A DNA stretch of 64,000 bases. Source: Halobacteriales archaeon. GTDB lineage: Archaea; Halobacteriota; Halobacteria; Halobacteriales; SKNY01. The stretch lies in the NCBI GenBank assembly GCA_007118975.1, contig SKQO01000019.1:41049-105048 (forward strand). Direction: 5' to 3'. The position numbers and the translations under genes are program-made. The notes beneath the pieces were generated by a model, which worked only from the letters and a program-made list of their open reading frames with translations, was not told where the DNA came from and did no database searches. Of this stretch, positions 41,371-52,190 are shown piece by piece (position 1 is the stretch's first letter; the number at the start of each line of letters is the position of its first letter).

Positions 41371-42375
41371 TCACTCCAGTCGAACGGATTGACGCCTCTC
41401 GCCGACGAGCGCAGTCCCGATCCCGCGTCCGAAGGCAAAGGCGATTCCGGCAGCAGCCGATCCGAACCGCGCGGAGATACGCGGGCGGGGCTCGAACTCC
41501 TTGACGACGAGGTCGTCGATGTCGAGCCGCTCGGCGAGCCGGGTTTCCATGTCCTGGCGTGGTCCGGCACGATCAACGAGCCCCAGTTCTGCGGCGCGGT
41601 CGCCAGGATACAATCGTGCCTCGGTATCGCGGACGTCCCCTTCCTCCAGCTCGACGCCCTCTGCAACCGTTTCGACGAACTGATCGTAGAAAGTCCCGAG
41701 CAGCCCCTGGAAGTACTCGATTTCCTCCTGTTCGATTTCGCGCCAGGGTGACGGGGAGTCCTTGAACTCGCCCTCGACGAATCGACGGTATTCGAGGCCT
41801 AGTTTGTCCCGGAGTTCATCTCGTCCGAGTTGCGAGCCGTTGACGCCGATGCTTCCGACCATCGCCCCACGCCGTGCATGGATCTCATCGGCTCCACTCG
41901 CGATTAAATAGCCCCCACTCGCAGCCATGTCTTCCGCATACGCGACGGTCGGGCCGTCGAAATCGGCTGTCGCCTGGCGGATGTCCTCGCTGGGGACGAC
42001 CTCCCCGCCGGGCGTGTTGAGCTTCACGATCAGTCCCCGGACGCTGGGATCCGTGTTCGCCCGCTCGATCTGTTCGACTATGTCGTCGGCCGGCGTCGCC
42101 AACGGGCCCATCGGTACCCCGCCACCCCGCCGATGTCGGGTGATCATGTTTGCAACTTCGATCTCCGCCACGTTGTAGGTCGGAAACAGCCGTCCGGCAA
42201 CCCGCGATCCGATCGCGATTCCGATGATACCGAGCACGACGACCAATAGCACTTCCCAGATACCCAGCGGCGTTCGCGCTGGTACCGCACCGAAAAGCAG
42301 GAGGCCGATTCCGACAGCGAGCAGGAACCCGGTGGTGCGTACGCCGAATCGTGTGAGACCGCGTCTCGTTGGCAT
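41371..42375 (-). CDS. sppA: Signal peptide peptidase SppA (S49)
   Basis: Two N-terminal TM, LNTPGG, MAASGGYLIA, VGSIGV, GEFKD, AAELGLVD. Confidence 0.92.
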   Translation of the reverse strand: MPTRRGLTRFGVRTTGFLLAVGIGLLLFGAVPARTPLGIWEVLLVVVLGIIGIAIGSRVAGRLFPTYNVAEIEVANMITRHRRGGGVPMGPLATPADDIVEQIERANTDPSVRGLIVKLNTPGGEVVPSEDIRQATADFDGPTVAYAEDMAASGGYLIASGADEIHARRGAMVGSIGVNGSQLGRDELRDKLGLEYRRFVEGEFKDSPSPWREIEQEEIEYFQGLLGTFYDQFVETVAEGVELEEGDVRDTEARLYPGDRAAELGLVDRAGPRQDMETRLAERLDIDDLVVKEFEPRPRISARFGSAAAGIAFAFGRGIGTALVGERRQSVRLE

Positions 42376-42428
42376 ATCTCAGTGCACAGTAGCCGGAGGA
42401 AAAGCGTTGCGCAGCGTCGCGAAATTCG

Positions 42429-43199
42429 TTACTTGTGCTCGCGAGGTCGCAGGTTGTCGACCGATTCGGCGGCCAGCCAGTCGACCAGCTCGTCGAGGGA
42501 ATCCCGCGCGGCTTCGAACAGTGCTTCTCCGGCCGCGGCAGTCGCCGGACGGGGGTCTCCGTGGATCCCGTTGTCCGTCCAGTCCGCGAAGTCATAGCCC
42601 CGCGGTGCCGGCTCCGGCCACCGACGGCCGTCTCCCTGTCCCGTCGCTGCCTCCTCGAACCGCTCAGTACGTACCAGCTCTGCTGCCGCGTAGAGGATCA
42701 TCGCCGTCTCGAAGGCCCCCGCATGTCCCGGGACGCTCGTTGACTCCGGCAGGACCTCTCCAGGTGTATCCCCGACACCCTCCCACCAGCTCCAGGGAAC
42801 GACGAAGGCGGTTTCGGACCGGTATAGTTCGTTGGCGATCCGCCCGATCGAGCCGACGTTCCCGCCGTGTCCGTTGACGATCACCGCCTTTTCGACGCCA
42901 TGGTCTGGCAAGCTCTCCAGGATCTCCGTGAGATACGACTCGAACGTGTCTTCCGATACCCAGAGCGACCCGTGGAAGTGACGGTGATGGGCGCTGACGC
43001 CGACCGGGACGGTCGGCAGGACGGCGACATCCGCGCGATCCGCAATGCCACGCGCGACCGTCTCGGCAGCCATGAAGTCGGTGCAAAGCGGCATGGCGGG
43101 ACCATGCTGTTCGGTGCTGCCCGCCGGCAGGATCGCTACCTCTGCGTCTGGCAACCATTCGCTGGCGTCCACTGTTGTCGTTTCCTCGAGGATCGGCAT
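42429..43199 (-). CDS. Creatininase family amidohydrolase
   Basis: PAGSTEQHGPAMPLCTD, GVSAHH, VNGHGGN, HAGAFET, GIHGDP. Confidence 0.92.
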   Translation of the reverse strand: MPILEETTTVDASEWLPDAEVAILPAGSTEQHGPAMPLCTDFMAAETVARGIADRADVAVLPTVPVGVSAHHRHFHGSLWVSEDTFESYLTEILESLPDHGVEKAVIVNGHGGNVGSIGRIANELYRSETAFVVPWSWWEGVGDTPGEVLPESTSVPGHAGAFETAMILYAAAELVRTERFEEAATGQGDGRRWPEPAPRGYDFADWTDNGIHGDPRPATAAAGEALFEAARDSLDELVDWLAAESVDNLRPREHK

Positions 43200-43357
43200 G
43201 CCCCGCCCTCACACACCACCGCTATAAATCACTCGGGATTGCATCGAAGTACCCCGCCTCGGTCGGGATCCGCGTGGTGTGGCGTCGGGTCGCCTGGGAG
43301 CTCGGAGTGATGGGTTCGCACGAAGTCGTTCGGCGATGTTCCCTGAAAGCGTCCCAC

Positions 43358-44434
43358 TTAGAGCAGTTCCGTGACGAGCACGCTCGCCAGCAGGAAATAG
43401 ATCATGAGGCCGGTGACGTCCTTGATAGTGGTGACGATGGGGTTGGATGCTGCTGCGGGATCCTGTCCGACGAGATACACGATCCATGGAATGACAAATC
43501 CGACCAGCGCTGCGACGGCGGACGTACCGACCATGGCTCCGAAGATGACGTACGCGATGTCCAGCCGGTCGAGCCAGAGGAATGCGACGATGGCTGCCAC
43601 AGCACCGACCAATAAACCGATCAATGCACCGGCGATCGTCTCTTTAACCGTCCGCCGGATAACGTTCGCCCGGTCGATGTGTCCGAGGACCACCCCGCGG
43701 ATGAAAATCGTCGAAGACTGCGTGCCGACGTTCCCGCCCATATCCATGACGACGGGGATGAAAAACGCCAGCATGACGACGGCTTCCAAGGAATCCTCGA
43801 AGACGCCGATCACCCCACCAGCAAGGAACCCGCCGGCGAGGGCGACGATCAGCCACGGGACGCGAATGCGCAGTATCTGGGACAGCGGGGCATCCAACAT
43901 CAGTGTACTCCGGTGGCTCTCGATATCGGCAAAGTCGGACGCCTGCAACTCCGGGAGATCCATCCCTTGCATCCGGAGCATGTCTTCGCTTGTTTCCTCC
44001 TCCACTACGTCCACGAGCGTTGCCGACCGCACGATCCCGACGATTCGATCTTCGTCGTCGACGATAGGAACTGCCGGGAAGTGAATATCGGCCACTTGCA
44101 GGGCGACGCCTTCAGCCTCGGCCTCCTCGTGGAAACTCACGACATCCTTCGCCATCACGCTCGAGATGGGCTCGGATCGATTCGCACCCAGCATCTCCCG
44201 GAGGGACGCCACGCCGACCAAGCGGTCCTCCTCATCAACCACGTACGTATAATAAATGGTCGGTTGGGTCGGATCCTCCGGACTGTACGCCTGGAACTGA
44301 TCAATGGCCTCTCCGATCGTCGTGTCCTCCGAAACAGCAACGTAACCGTCCGTCATGATCTCCCCAACGGCCAGCTCATAGCCTGCTGCATCGTCGGGCG
44401 GTTCGGCCTCGGGATGCTGCTCGGGTGCACTCAT
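43358..44434 (-). CDS. mgtE: Magnesium transporter MgtE (CBS pair plus TM domain)
   Basis: CBS domains, RVPWL, FIPVVMDMGGNVGTQ, DPAAASNPIVTTIKD. Confidence 0.94.
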   Translation of the reverse strand: MSAPEQHPEAEPPDDAAGYELAVGEIMTDGYVAVSEDTTIGEAIDQFQAYSPEDPTQPTIYYTYVVDEEDRLVGVASLREMLGANRSEPISSVMAKDVVSFHEEAEAEGVALQVADIHFPAVPIVDDEDRIVGIVRSATLVDVVEEETSEDMLRMQGMDLPELQASDFADIESHRSTLMLDAPLSQILRIRVPWLIVALAGGFLAGGVIGVFEDSLEAVVMLAFFIPVVMDMGGNVGTQSSTIFIRGVVLGHIDRANVIRRTVKETIAGALIGLLVGAVAAIVAFLWLDRLDIAYVIFGAMVGTSAVAALVGFVIPWIVYLVGQDPAAASNPIVTTIKDVTGLMIYFLLASVLVTELL

Positions 44435-44672
44435 CCCGCAACCCCACCGGGACCGATTCCCTGTATGTCGCTACACAAATATCGCATGCTGGAATCCGGT
44501 TTTACCCGTTGTTTGAAAACCGTTCGGGTTAGTTTAATCAAATATACATCATTAAAACCACGGCGGATGGCTTCCCCGGCGCTACCGGACACCCCGGCCT
44601 GCGCGAGAATCGGTGAACCGTGGTCGTGTACCGTCAGCGGACGACCTGGGCACGGAACACCGTTGTGTGGAT

Positions 44673-45962
44673 TCATGTTGAAACCGACAGTCGAGCTCGG
44701 GTAGCCAGGATCGCGACCCCGATCGCTGCGACGAGGACGAGGCCGGCAGCCACCAGAAATGACGTTGCAAAACTGCCGACCGCGATCCGGCCTCCAAGCA
44801 ACCCGCCGATTCCACCGCCGATAGCGCCAAGTGCACCGTACATCCCGAGCGCTTCACCCCGGACGACTGGCGGGGTAAGCGTTGACACGATCGTGCCTGC
44901 CGTCACGACGATCACCGCCCACGTGAGCCCGATCAGCAGCATTACCCCGAGGACCCCTACGAAGGTCATCCAGCCAACGAGGAAAAGGCCGACGAACGTT
45001 ACTGTCGGGAGTGCTACGGCACGGACGGTCAGGCCACCGGCGTGTGCTCGAAAGAGTCCAACCCGGGCGATCAGGGCCGCTGCAACCCCGTAAAACGCCG
45101 CTGCTCCCACGTTCAACACGAAATATGCCGCAAAAATCTCGCCCGTCGTATAGCCGACGTAATCAAGATAGGCGGGTAACGGAGCAAAGAACGTCCCGAA
45201 GCCGGTGAAAAACAGGAACACGACGAGGAAGTAGGCCCCAAGAGGTACCGAAAACCGATCGACGAGTCGTCTCGGTCGCAACTGCCGCGGGTCGAAGCGA
45301 CTCGGGGTGAACGGAAAACCGGCTCCCCGAACATTAAACCGACCGGCGGCTCGGCTCGCCCTAAACAGTCGATTCCTGGCCGGTTCCGCAGCTGGTGGTG
45401 GATCGGGTGGGAGGGTCCGACGTGCCAGGACGAGACCGACGGCCGCGGAGAGGGCGCACACGACGAAAAAGGCGCGTTGGGCGGTTACGGTCGATAGTAC
45501 CCGAGTCCCGCCCGCGACCACGAGGAATCCGACCCCCAAGCCCGTTGCCCACCCGAGGCCCTGGATTTTGTTGAGGCGTGCGATCAACGAACTCCAGCGA
45601 GCGGGCGGCTCGTCCGTCACGACCAGCAAGGTCAACACGGGGACAGCTGCCGCAAACCCGAGCCAGAGCATCGCGTTAGCCACGATCACCAGGCCCAGGT
45701 GACTAAAGAAGGGAATAACGGCCATCGCGAGGGTCGTGAGCACCATTGCCGCGAGTACAAACACACGCCGTCGCCCGGTCCGGTCGGCGAGATTGCCACA
45801 CACCAATGCTCCGGGAACGCCGACGAGTGACGAACTCGCAAAGAGCAATCCGAGCGCCAGCGCATCCCCGCCGAGTTCCACGACATACAACGGAACGAGC
45901 AAGGATGCCCCGCCGAACGCCACGGCGGCAAACCCCCAGGCGGGAAACCAGCGCTCGGCCAT
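44673..45962 (-). CDS. MFS transporter
   Basis: GNLADRTGRR motif A, about 12 TM, RGEALGMY. Confidence 0.9.
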   Translation of the reverse strand: MAERWFPAWGFAAVAFGGASLLVPLYVVELGGDALALGLLFASSSLVGVPGALVCGNLADRTGRRRVFVLAAMVLTTLAMAVIPFFSHLGLVIVANAMLWLGFAAAVPVLTLLVVTDEPPARWSSLIARLNKIQGLGWATGLGVGFLVVAGGTRVLSTVTAQRAFFVVCALSAAVGLVLARRTLPPDPPPAAEPARNRLFRASRAAGRFNVRGAGFPFTPSRFDPRQLRPRRLVDRFSVPLGAYFLVVFLFFTGFGTFFAPLPAYLDYVGYTTGEIFAAYFVLNVGAAAFYGVAAALIARVGLFRAHAGGLTVRAVALPTVTFVGLFLVGWMTFVGVLGVMLLIGLTWAVIVVTAGTIVSTLTPPVVRGEALGMYGALGAIGGGIGGLLGGRIAVGSFATSFLVAAGLVLVAAIGVAILATRARLSVST

Positions 45963-46143
45963 GAGATTGGACGTTCGAGCGCCCCCATAAACCCAATTCA
46001 CTCGCGTCGGCGGTGGGGGTCCGGGGGATCGGCTTCACGGGTGCCGGAATCCCACCGGTCCCACCGCATTCCCGGCTCCCCACAACCGAACGGTGCGGGG
46101 ACCACACAAACATTTTTGCGTCACGACCGGCCTTGGCCAGCCG

Positions 46144-47314
46144 ATGCACGTCACCGAGACCGAACTCATTCCGGTTTCGGTCCCGACCAAGCCGCTCGAC
46201 GAACAGCTGGTGATTGGCGACGTACATCGGCGGACTGAGTATCAGCGGGACGCCCCGCTCGCCCGCCTTCGTGGAGGCCCTCGAAGTATGCCAGGACGTG
46301 GACACCACTCGGGGAGCCGTGCTAGCTCGTGTCGACACTGACGTCGGCGTCTCTGGGTGGGGCGAACTCCCCGGTGGTCTTCGCATGGCGGAGACCGTCC
46401 TCGAGTCGACCATCCGACCAACCCTCGTCGGGGAGCCGGTCTGGAACGTCGAACGGTTCCTTCGCTCCGCAAGCTCAGCAGGATACGCGAGGGATCACTT
46501 GCCGATTGTTGGTGGCATCGAGATGGCGCTGTGGGACGCGCTGGGCAAAGATGCGGGCGTCCCGGTCCACCAGCTCCTCGGCGGCAAATGTGTTGAGTCG
46601 GTCCCGATCGCGTTCTGTCTCGGGTTGCTCACACCGGACGACTCGGCGGAAAATCGGTCGAGGCACGCGATCACGGGTTTCGGTGTTGAAAACGAAGGCC
46701 AGCCGGTACTCGAGGATGGACGTCGAGCACGTCACGGCGATGCACGAAGCGGTGGACGGTGAACTCGAGTTTCGCGTCGATCCCAACAGACAGTGGACGT
46801 TCGCCGACGCGGTCCGGGTGGAAACCGCCCTGGCCGACCACGGCGTCCACCTGGAGTATCTCGCACAACTCATCGAGGTAAACAGTTTCGGGACGCTCGC
46901 CACGTTGCGGGAACGACTGACCCAACCGATTGCGATCAACGAGGACGCCTATCTCCCGCAGAACACTATCAGTCGTGCAAACACGACGCGATCAACGCAG
47001 CCGTTATCGACGTGCAACCCGCGGGCTGGCTCCAGTGGGCTCGCCGACTTGGGGCAATTGCCGCCGAGTCGAACATCTCGCTCGCCCACCACAGCGGTCA
47101 CGACCTCGGGCTGAAAAACGCCGCAAAGATTCATCTCGCGGCGGCAATGCCGGAAATCGACCTGGCCGTCGACGCCACCTATTACGCGAGTTTCGATGAC
47201 ATTCTCGCGGAACCCCTCCCCATTGAAGACGGTTGCTTTCCCATCTTGGAGCGACCGGGGCTGGCCGGACCTGACGACGAGGATGCGATCGAGACCTACC
47301 GGACTGATCAGTGA
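46144..47314 (+). pseudogene. Mandelate racemase/muconate lactonizing family gene, frameshifted
   Basis: Segments in four successive frames: MHVTETELIPV; GVSGWGE..EMALWDALGK; LKTKA..FRVDPN..PIAINED; HHSGHDLG..PGL. Shifts near 46215, 46680 and 46970. Confidence 0.85.
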
Positions 47315-47346
47315 GCGCTTGCCGCGGGAAGCCGTTCGAGCACAGC

Positions 47347-48231
47347 TTAGAGCCAGTGGTCCCAGGGATCGAGCCCGAGTAACTTCCGGCCCAGCGGCGT
47401 CAGCGCAGCCGGCGGCGTCTCTTGCTCTAGCTCCCGTGGATCACCCGGGAACGGCTCTCCAGCCGGGGCCTCGCTCTGTTGCCAACACTCGATGCGCTGT
47501 TCACGCCGTTCGACGTCCCCGAACGCCTGTGGATACATGAGGACGTACTGGGCGAATCTGGGCTCATCCGCCAGGTTGCGGCCGTTTCCGTGGGGGCACA
47601 ACCGATCCCAGATCACCAGATCTCCCTGTTCGCCGGGGATTGGCTCGACCTCATACTCCGCCAAATCGCTGTCTGGCAGTTTGGTGGGATTCTCGCGAGC
47701 CGCAATCCGATCGTCGAGCCACGCTTCGTCCATATCGCGGAAGAGTTCGGGCACGCAGCAGAACCCGCCCTGTTCGATCGACGTATCGTCCAAGTAGACT
47801 ACCCCCTGGACGCCGTGGGGCTGAGGCACCGGCCGCGGCACGTCCGCGAGGTTCACGTCCCAGTGGACGAAACCGTGATCGAGGTCCGGATGCTCCTCGT
47901 GGCTGGGCGGCGTCATGTTTACCCGGTCGATGCTCACCCAGAGACGTTCAATCTCAAGGAGCTCGGCGAATGCCTGATAGAGACGGGGGTGTTGGCGCAC
48001 GTCCCACATCGACTGACGGTGGTACATCTCGAGCATGCCGGCAGAGCTGAACTGTTCATCCAAACCCTTCGGCGGATCGTACCACGTCGCGGGGTCGTCA
48101 CGCTCGCGCCCGGTGTGGTCGAAAATGTCGCTGATCACCGCCTCACAGAGCGGTTCAGGGACCACGTTTTCGACCTTCACGTACCCGTTCTCCCGGAAAA
48201 AATCGTGATCTTGGTCCGATAACAAGGACAT
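47347..48231 (-). CDS. Phytanoyl-CoA dioxygenase family Fe(II)/2OG oxygenase
   Basis: FFRENGYVKVENVV, HWD (HxD), QGVVYLDD, GDLVIW..HGNGRN..PR. Confidence 0.9.
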   Translation of the reverse strand: MSLLSDQDHDFFRENGYVKVENVVPEPLCEAVISDIFDHTGRERDDPATWYDPPKGLDEQFSSAGMLEMYHRQSMWDVRQHPRLYQAFAELLEIERLWVSIDRVNMTPPSHEEHPDLDHGFVHWDVNLADVPRPVPQPHGVQGVVYLDDTSIEQGGFCCVPELFRDMDEAWLDDRIAARENPTKLPDSDLAEYEVEPIPGEQGDLVIWDRLCPHGNGRNLADEPRFAQYVLMYPQAFGDVERREQRIECWQQSEAPAGEPFPGDPRELEQETPPAALTPLGRKLLGLDPWDHWL

Positions 48232-48817
48232 GTCCAGATCAACACTGACGCGGCTGTTAAAGGTAACTCAGCGGGGAGGTAGACACAGTTGAACGCCATC
48301 GCGGTTCCCAGCCGCCAGTCACAGGAAAGTCACACATCTTCCCGCCAAAACCACCCGTGAGTGCAGTAGATCGGCGTTCGACAGACACTCGATGAGATTC
48401 ATATGGATCCGTAAGGGGTAGCCTGATCCGGCGAACGATCCTTCCGGTAGCCGTGCACCGGGGTACCAGACGGCGTCGGCGCTAGTCACACGCACACACA
48501 TGTAATTTAGGGAACAGCGATGAACCCGCCGAGCCCCTTTCCTCCCGTGTAATGAGATCTCTCGTAACGACTGATCCTTCCTTACACCTCTCGAACAGCG
48601 TCACCGCCACCGCTGTGAACTCTGACAAACGCACGCTCCTCTCCAACCACCTCCCGATTCGTGTGGGACTTGTTCTTGCCAGTCTTCCCACGATGGGCAC
48701 CGCCCTCGGTCTGCTGATCTAATCACACGAACCACCGGACGCCCCACGGTTCGACACCGTTCTCACGACAGGCCCGTGCCTGGGATCTTTACATTCACGT
48801 CGGACCGGCTCGTTTAC

Positions 48818-50755
48818 ATGGACACGACATCCCTACCCGAGATCATAACAGCGACAGCCGCGGAACCGGTGGAGCTGGCTTCGTCGGAGCTCGCCGAGTA
48901 CCTGGCGGCGCTCACGGGAAACAATCCCCCGGAGCCGACCGAACTCGAGGCGGAACCTTCGCGCCATCAGCTCGTTGTCGGCATTTCGGAGACGTCCCGG
49001 CCGCGGACGTGCCGTCGGTGACGGATCGAGCGTTCGACGACGCAATCCATATAGAGGTGGAGCGACGGCGCGGGTACATCGCCGGATCAAACCCCCGGAG
49101 TGTCTTGATCGGCGTGTATCGATACCTCCGGGAGCAGGGCTGTCGATGGATTTGGCCGGGCCCCGAGGGAGAGATCATCCCGGCAATCGAGGAGGTCACG
49201 CCAGTTTCGATCACCGAGACGCCGGACACCCGTCATCGTGGAATCACTATCGAAGGGGCCGTAAGCGACCAGCACGTCATCGACATGATCGAGTGGGCGC
49301 CGAAGCTGGGTTTCAACGCGTATTTTATCCAGTTCTTCGACGGCTACCCGTTCTTCAGACGGTGGTACCGGCGGGAACACAACCCGCAACGCGAGCCCGA
49401 ATCATTTGACGAGGAGCGAGCCACGGAGCTGTACGAACGCTGCGTCGCCGAGATCGACCGACGTGGTCTCACCTTTCATGCCGTCGGGCACGGCTGGACC
49501 GCGCGGGCGCTCGAACTTCCGGTTCATGGCTGGGAGTCGGACGAGTTTTCGGTCCCGTCGGCCGATCGCGAACTGCTCGCGGAAATCGACGGGGAGCGAT
49601 CGCTCTACGAGGGAATTCCGATCAACACGGAGCTTTGCTATTCAAATCCCACTGCCAGACGCCGCGTCATCGAAGAAATCGGCGACTATGCAGCCACCAA
49701 TCCATCGGTCGACGTCATCCACGTGTGGGCCTCGGACGGGCACAACAACCACTGCGAATGCGAGAACTCTCGGGGAAGGCGGCCCGCCGATTTCTACGTC
49801 GAGCTGCTCAACGAACTGGATAACCACCTCGAATCTCGGGACCTCGATACCCGGGTGGCTTTCCTGATCTATACGGATCTGCTCTGGCCACCACAGCGTC
49901 GCCGGATCGAAAACACCGATCGGTCTCATCCTGATGTTCGCGCCGATCACGCGCTCCTACACGGAGGGGTTCGGGGGTCTCGGCGAGCTGCCGGACATCC
50001 CACCGTACGAGCGGAACCAAGGGGACTTTCCGATCTCGCTCGCAGGGAACGTAGCCTTTCTCGACGCCTGGCAGGCGGCTTTCGATGGCGACACCTTCGA
50101 CTTCGATTACCACCTCATGTGGCGACACTTCCGCGACCCCGGATATATGCGCATCAGCGAGATCGTCGCCGAAGACATGGCCGCGCTTCCCGGAATCGGG
50201 CTGAACGGAAACGTGAGCTGTCAGATCCAGCGCGTGTACCTGCCGTCGTCGCTCCCGATGATCCTGATGGGGCGGCTGCTCTGGGATGGCAACGCTTCGA
50301 TCGAGGAGACCACCACCGACTATTTCGCGGCCGCCTTCGGTGAGGCTGCCGAACTCGCACGCGGGGATCTCGAGCAAATAAGCGACTGTTTCGCCCCACT
50401 CTACGAGGACGACTCCGGCATTCTCGACGAGCATCGACTTTCCTTTGACGAAGTCGAAATCGAGCGGGTGGAAACCGTATCGGCGGTCGTCGAAAACGTC
50501 GAGGAACGGATCACCAAACAACGAGAGGCAACGAACGGTCCCCAATCACGTTCTTGGACGTATCTCTATCACCACACACAGCTCGTCACCCAACTCTCGG
50601 CGGCGCTTGCGGCGCTCGGTCGGGGTGACGAAGCACGAGCGGGCGCGCGCTGGGGAGATGCCAAGGCGTACGCGCAAGAACACGAGGAGGAAATCCACCA
50701 CGCCTTCGACGTCTTCGAGTTTGTGCGCGTCTACCGGAGCACTTTCGAGCCCTGA
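48818..50755 (+). pseudogene. DUF4838-like glycoside hydrolase-related protein split by two frameshifts
   Basis: Three colinear ORFs: AEPVELASSELAEYL; IAGSNPRSVLIGVYRYL..G.RW..HRGITIEG..LCYSNP..CECE; MFAPITR..FDYH. Shifts near 48985 and 49924; may be sequencing indels. Confidence 0.78.
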
Positions 50756-50811
50756 CGTCCCCGGTTAGCGTCGACATCACGATTTATCACAACAGGGACG
50801 TCAGATGAGGT

Positions 50812-51513
50812 ATGGGAGATACTGCCCTCATCGCCGGAATGGGCCCAGGGTTCTGTGAATCACTTGCGTGGATCCTCGCACGAAACGGGTACGCCGTCGG
50901 CATGTTCGCCCGGTCGGCGTCGTATCTCGATGACGTCGAGACCGAACTGCGGGCGGAGGGCCACGACGCCCTGGCAATGCCGACGGACGTCACTGATCCC
51001 GAATCGGTCTCGGCAAGCACGGAGGAAGTCCGTTCTGAGCTAGGTCCCGTTAGCGCGCTTGCCTACACGGCGAGCACAGTAACGGATGACCCGCGGGACG
51101 CACTCAATCCGGAGCGCATCGAGTCGCTCTGGCAATTGTACGCCATGGGCGGCCTGCACTGCTTTAGCGCCGTTCAAGAGGACCTGACGACAACGAATGG
51201 CACCATGCTCTGGTTCGGCGCCTCGCCGACCGCCGGCGACCTGGCGTACAAGGCCGGCAAAGGCGCGGCAAGGGGCCTCGCCCGTGGCCTCGCCGAGCGA
51301 TTCGGGCCGGAGGGAGTACACGTCGCCCACGTCATCATTGACGGGGGTCTTCGCAACCCCGATGTGTACGAGGGGTCAGGGACCATTGACGAGGGCGATT
51401 TCATCGACCCCGACGGTGCAGCCGCTACCTGTTTTCATCTGATCGATCAACCCGCAACGGCGAGAACGTTTGAACTTGATCTCCACGCCGAGAAACGTTC
51501 AAGCCCGCGTTAG
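50812..51513 (+). CDS. SDR family oxidoreductase
   Basis: AGMGPG, PTDVTDP, YKAGK, GVHVAHVIIDG, TFELDL. Confidence 0.9.
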   Translation: MGDTALIAGMGPGFCESLAWILARNGYAVGMFARSASYLDDVETELRAEGHDALAMPTDVTDPESVSASTEEVRSELGPVSALAYTASTVTDDPRDALNPERIESLWQLYAMGGLHCFSAVQEDLTTTNGTMLWFGASPTAGDLAYKAGKGAARGLARGLAERFGPEGVHVAHVIIDGGLRNPDVYEGSGTIDEGDFIDPDGAAATCFHLIDQPATARTFELDLHAEKRSSPR

Positions 51514-51564
51514 GAGACCCGCAGGTGCTGGTGATCGAACAAAAAAATGACACCTAATCGAGAC

Positions 51565-51882
51565 CTAATTGAGAAGTTCGGTGAGGGCGCCCGCGCGATT
51601 CAGCAGTTCCTCGCTCTTGTCCGTTATCTCGAGATGGAGCCGATCTTCGGATTCGTGTTTCACGACGAAGCATTTCTCCTCGAGAACAGCGAGACACTTC
51701 GTTAGCTGTCCGTGATTGACGTTGGCCGAGCGCATGATATCGCGTTTTTTGACCGGAAACCCACCGTCCGTCTGCAATCGATGGCGACGTTGCTCGGCAG
51801 CAGCCCGCAGAACGCACGTGATGACCTCCAGCAACGTTCGTCTACTCCCTGGCGACGTAGACGACCGGCGTTGATTCGACAT
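51565..51882 (-). CDS. Winged helix-turn-helix protein (archaeal HTH_45-like)
   Basis: RRTLLEVI..VLRAA..KKRDIMRSANVNHGQLTKCLAVLEEK..EITDKSEELL. Confidence 0.7.
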   Translation of the reverse strand: MSNQRRSSTSPGSRRTLLEVITCVLRAAAEQRRHRLQTDGGFPVKKRDIMRSANVNHGQLTKCLAVLEEKCFVVKHESEDRLHLEITDKSEELLNRAGALTELLN

Positions 51883-52190
51883 CGTTTGTGAAACCCCCAA
51901 GACGCACCAGTGATCATCGTTCACCGTTGCGTGATGTTCTTGTAATAATGGACTACTCGTATTCCTACAAATATAGGCCATACGGACCGGGAGAGCCCGC
52001 CACACCCCGTTGTAGCGCACCACGAAGTGTGACGTGGTGTATTCGCGGGGCTGTCTCAGGGTAACGGCACGTCTCCATCTGCTTCGGCGCCTCGGCACGT
52101 GGGATTTGGTCGTGGAAGGAATAGCATGCGAACCAGTCGCATTCCATCTCGTTGCCATCGCGAGGTTCCCAACCCATGGCATGGATCGAA

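Noticed and set aside
48232..48817. Long intergenic region as ncRNA or mobile remnant
   Set aside because: No convincing terminal repeats, long stems or recognisable coding remnants.
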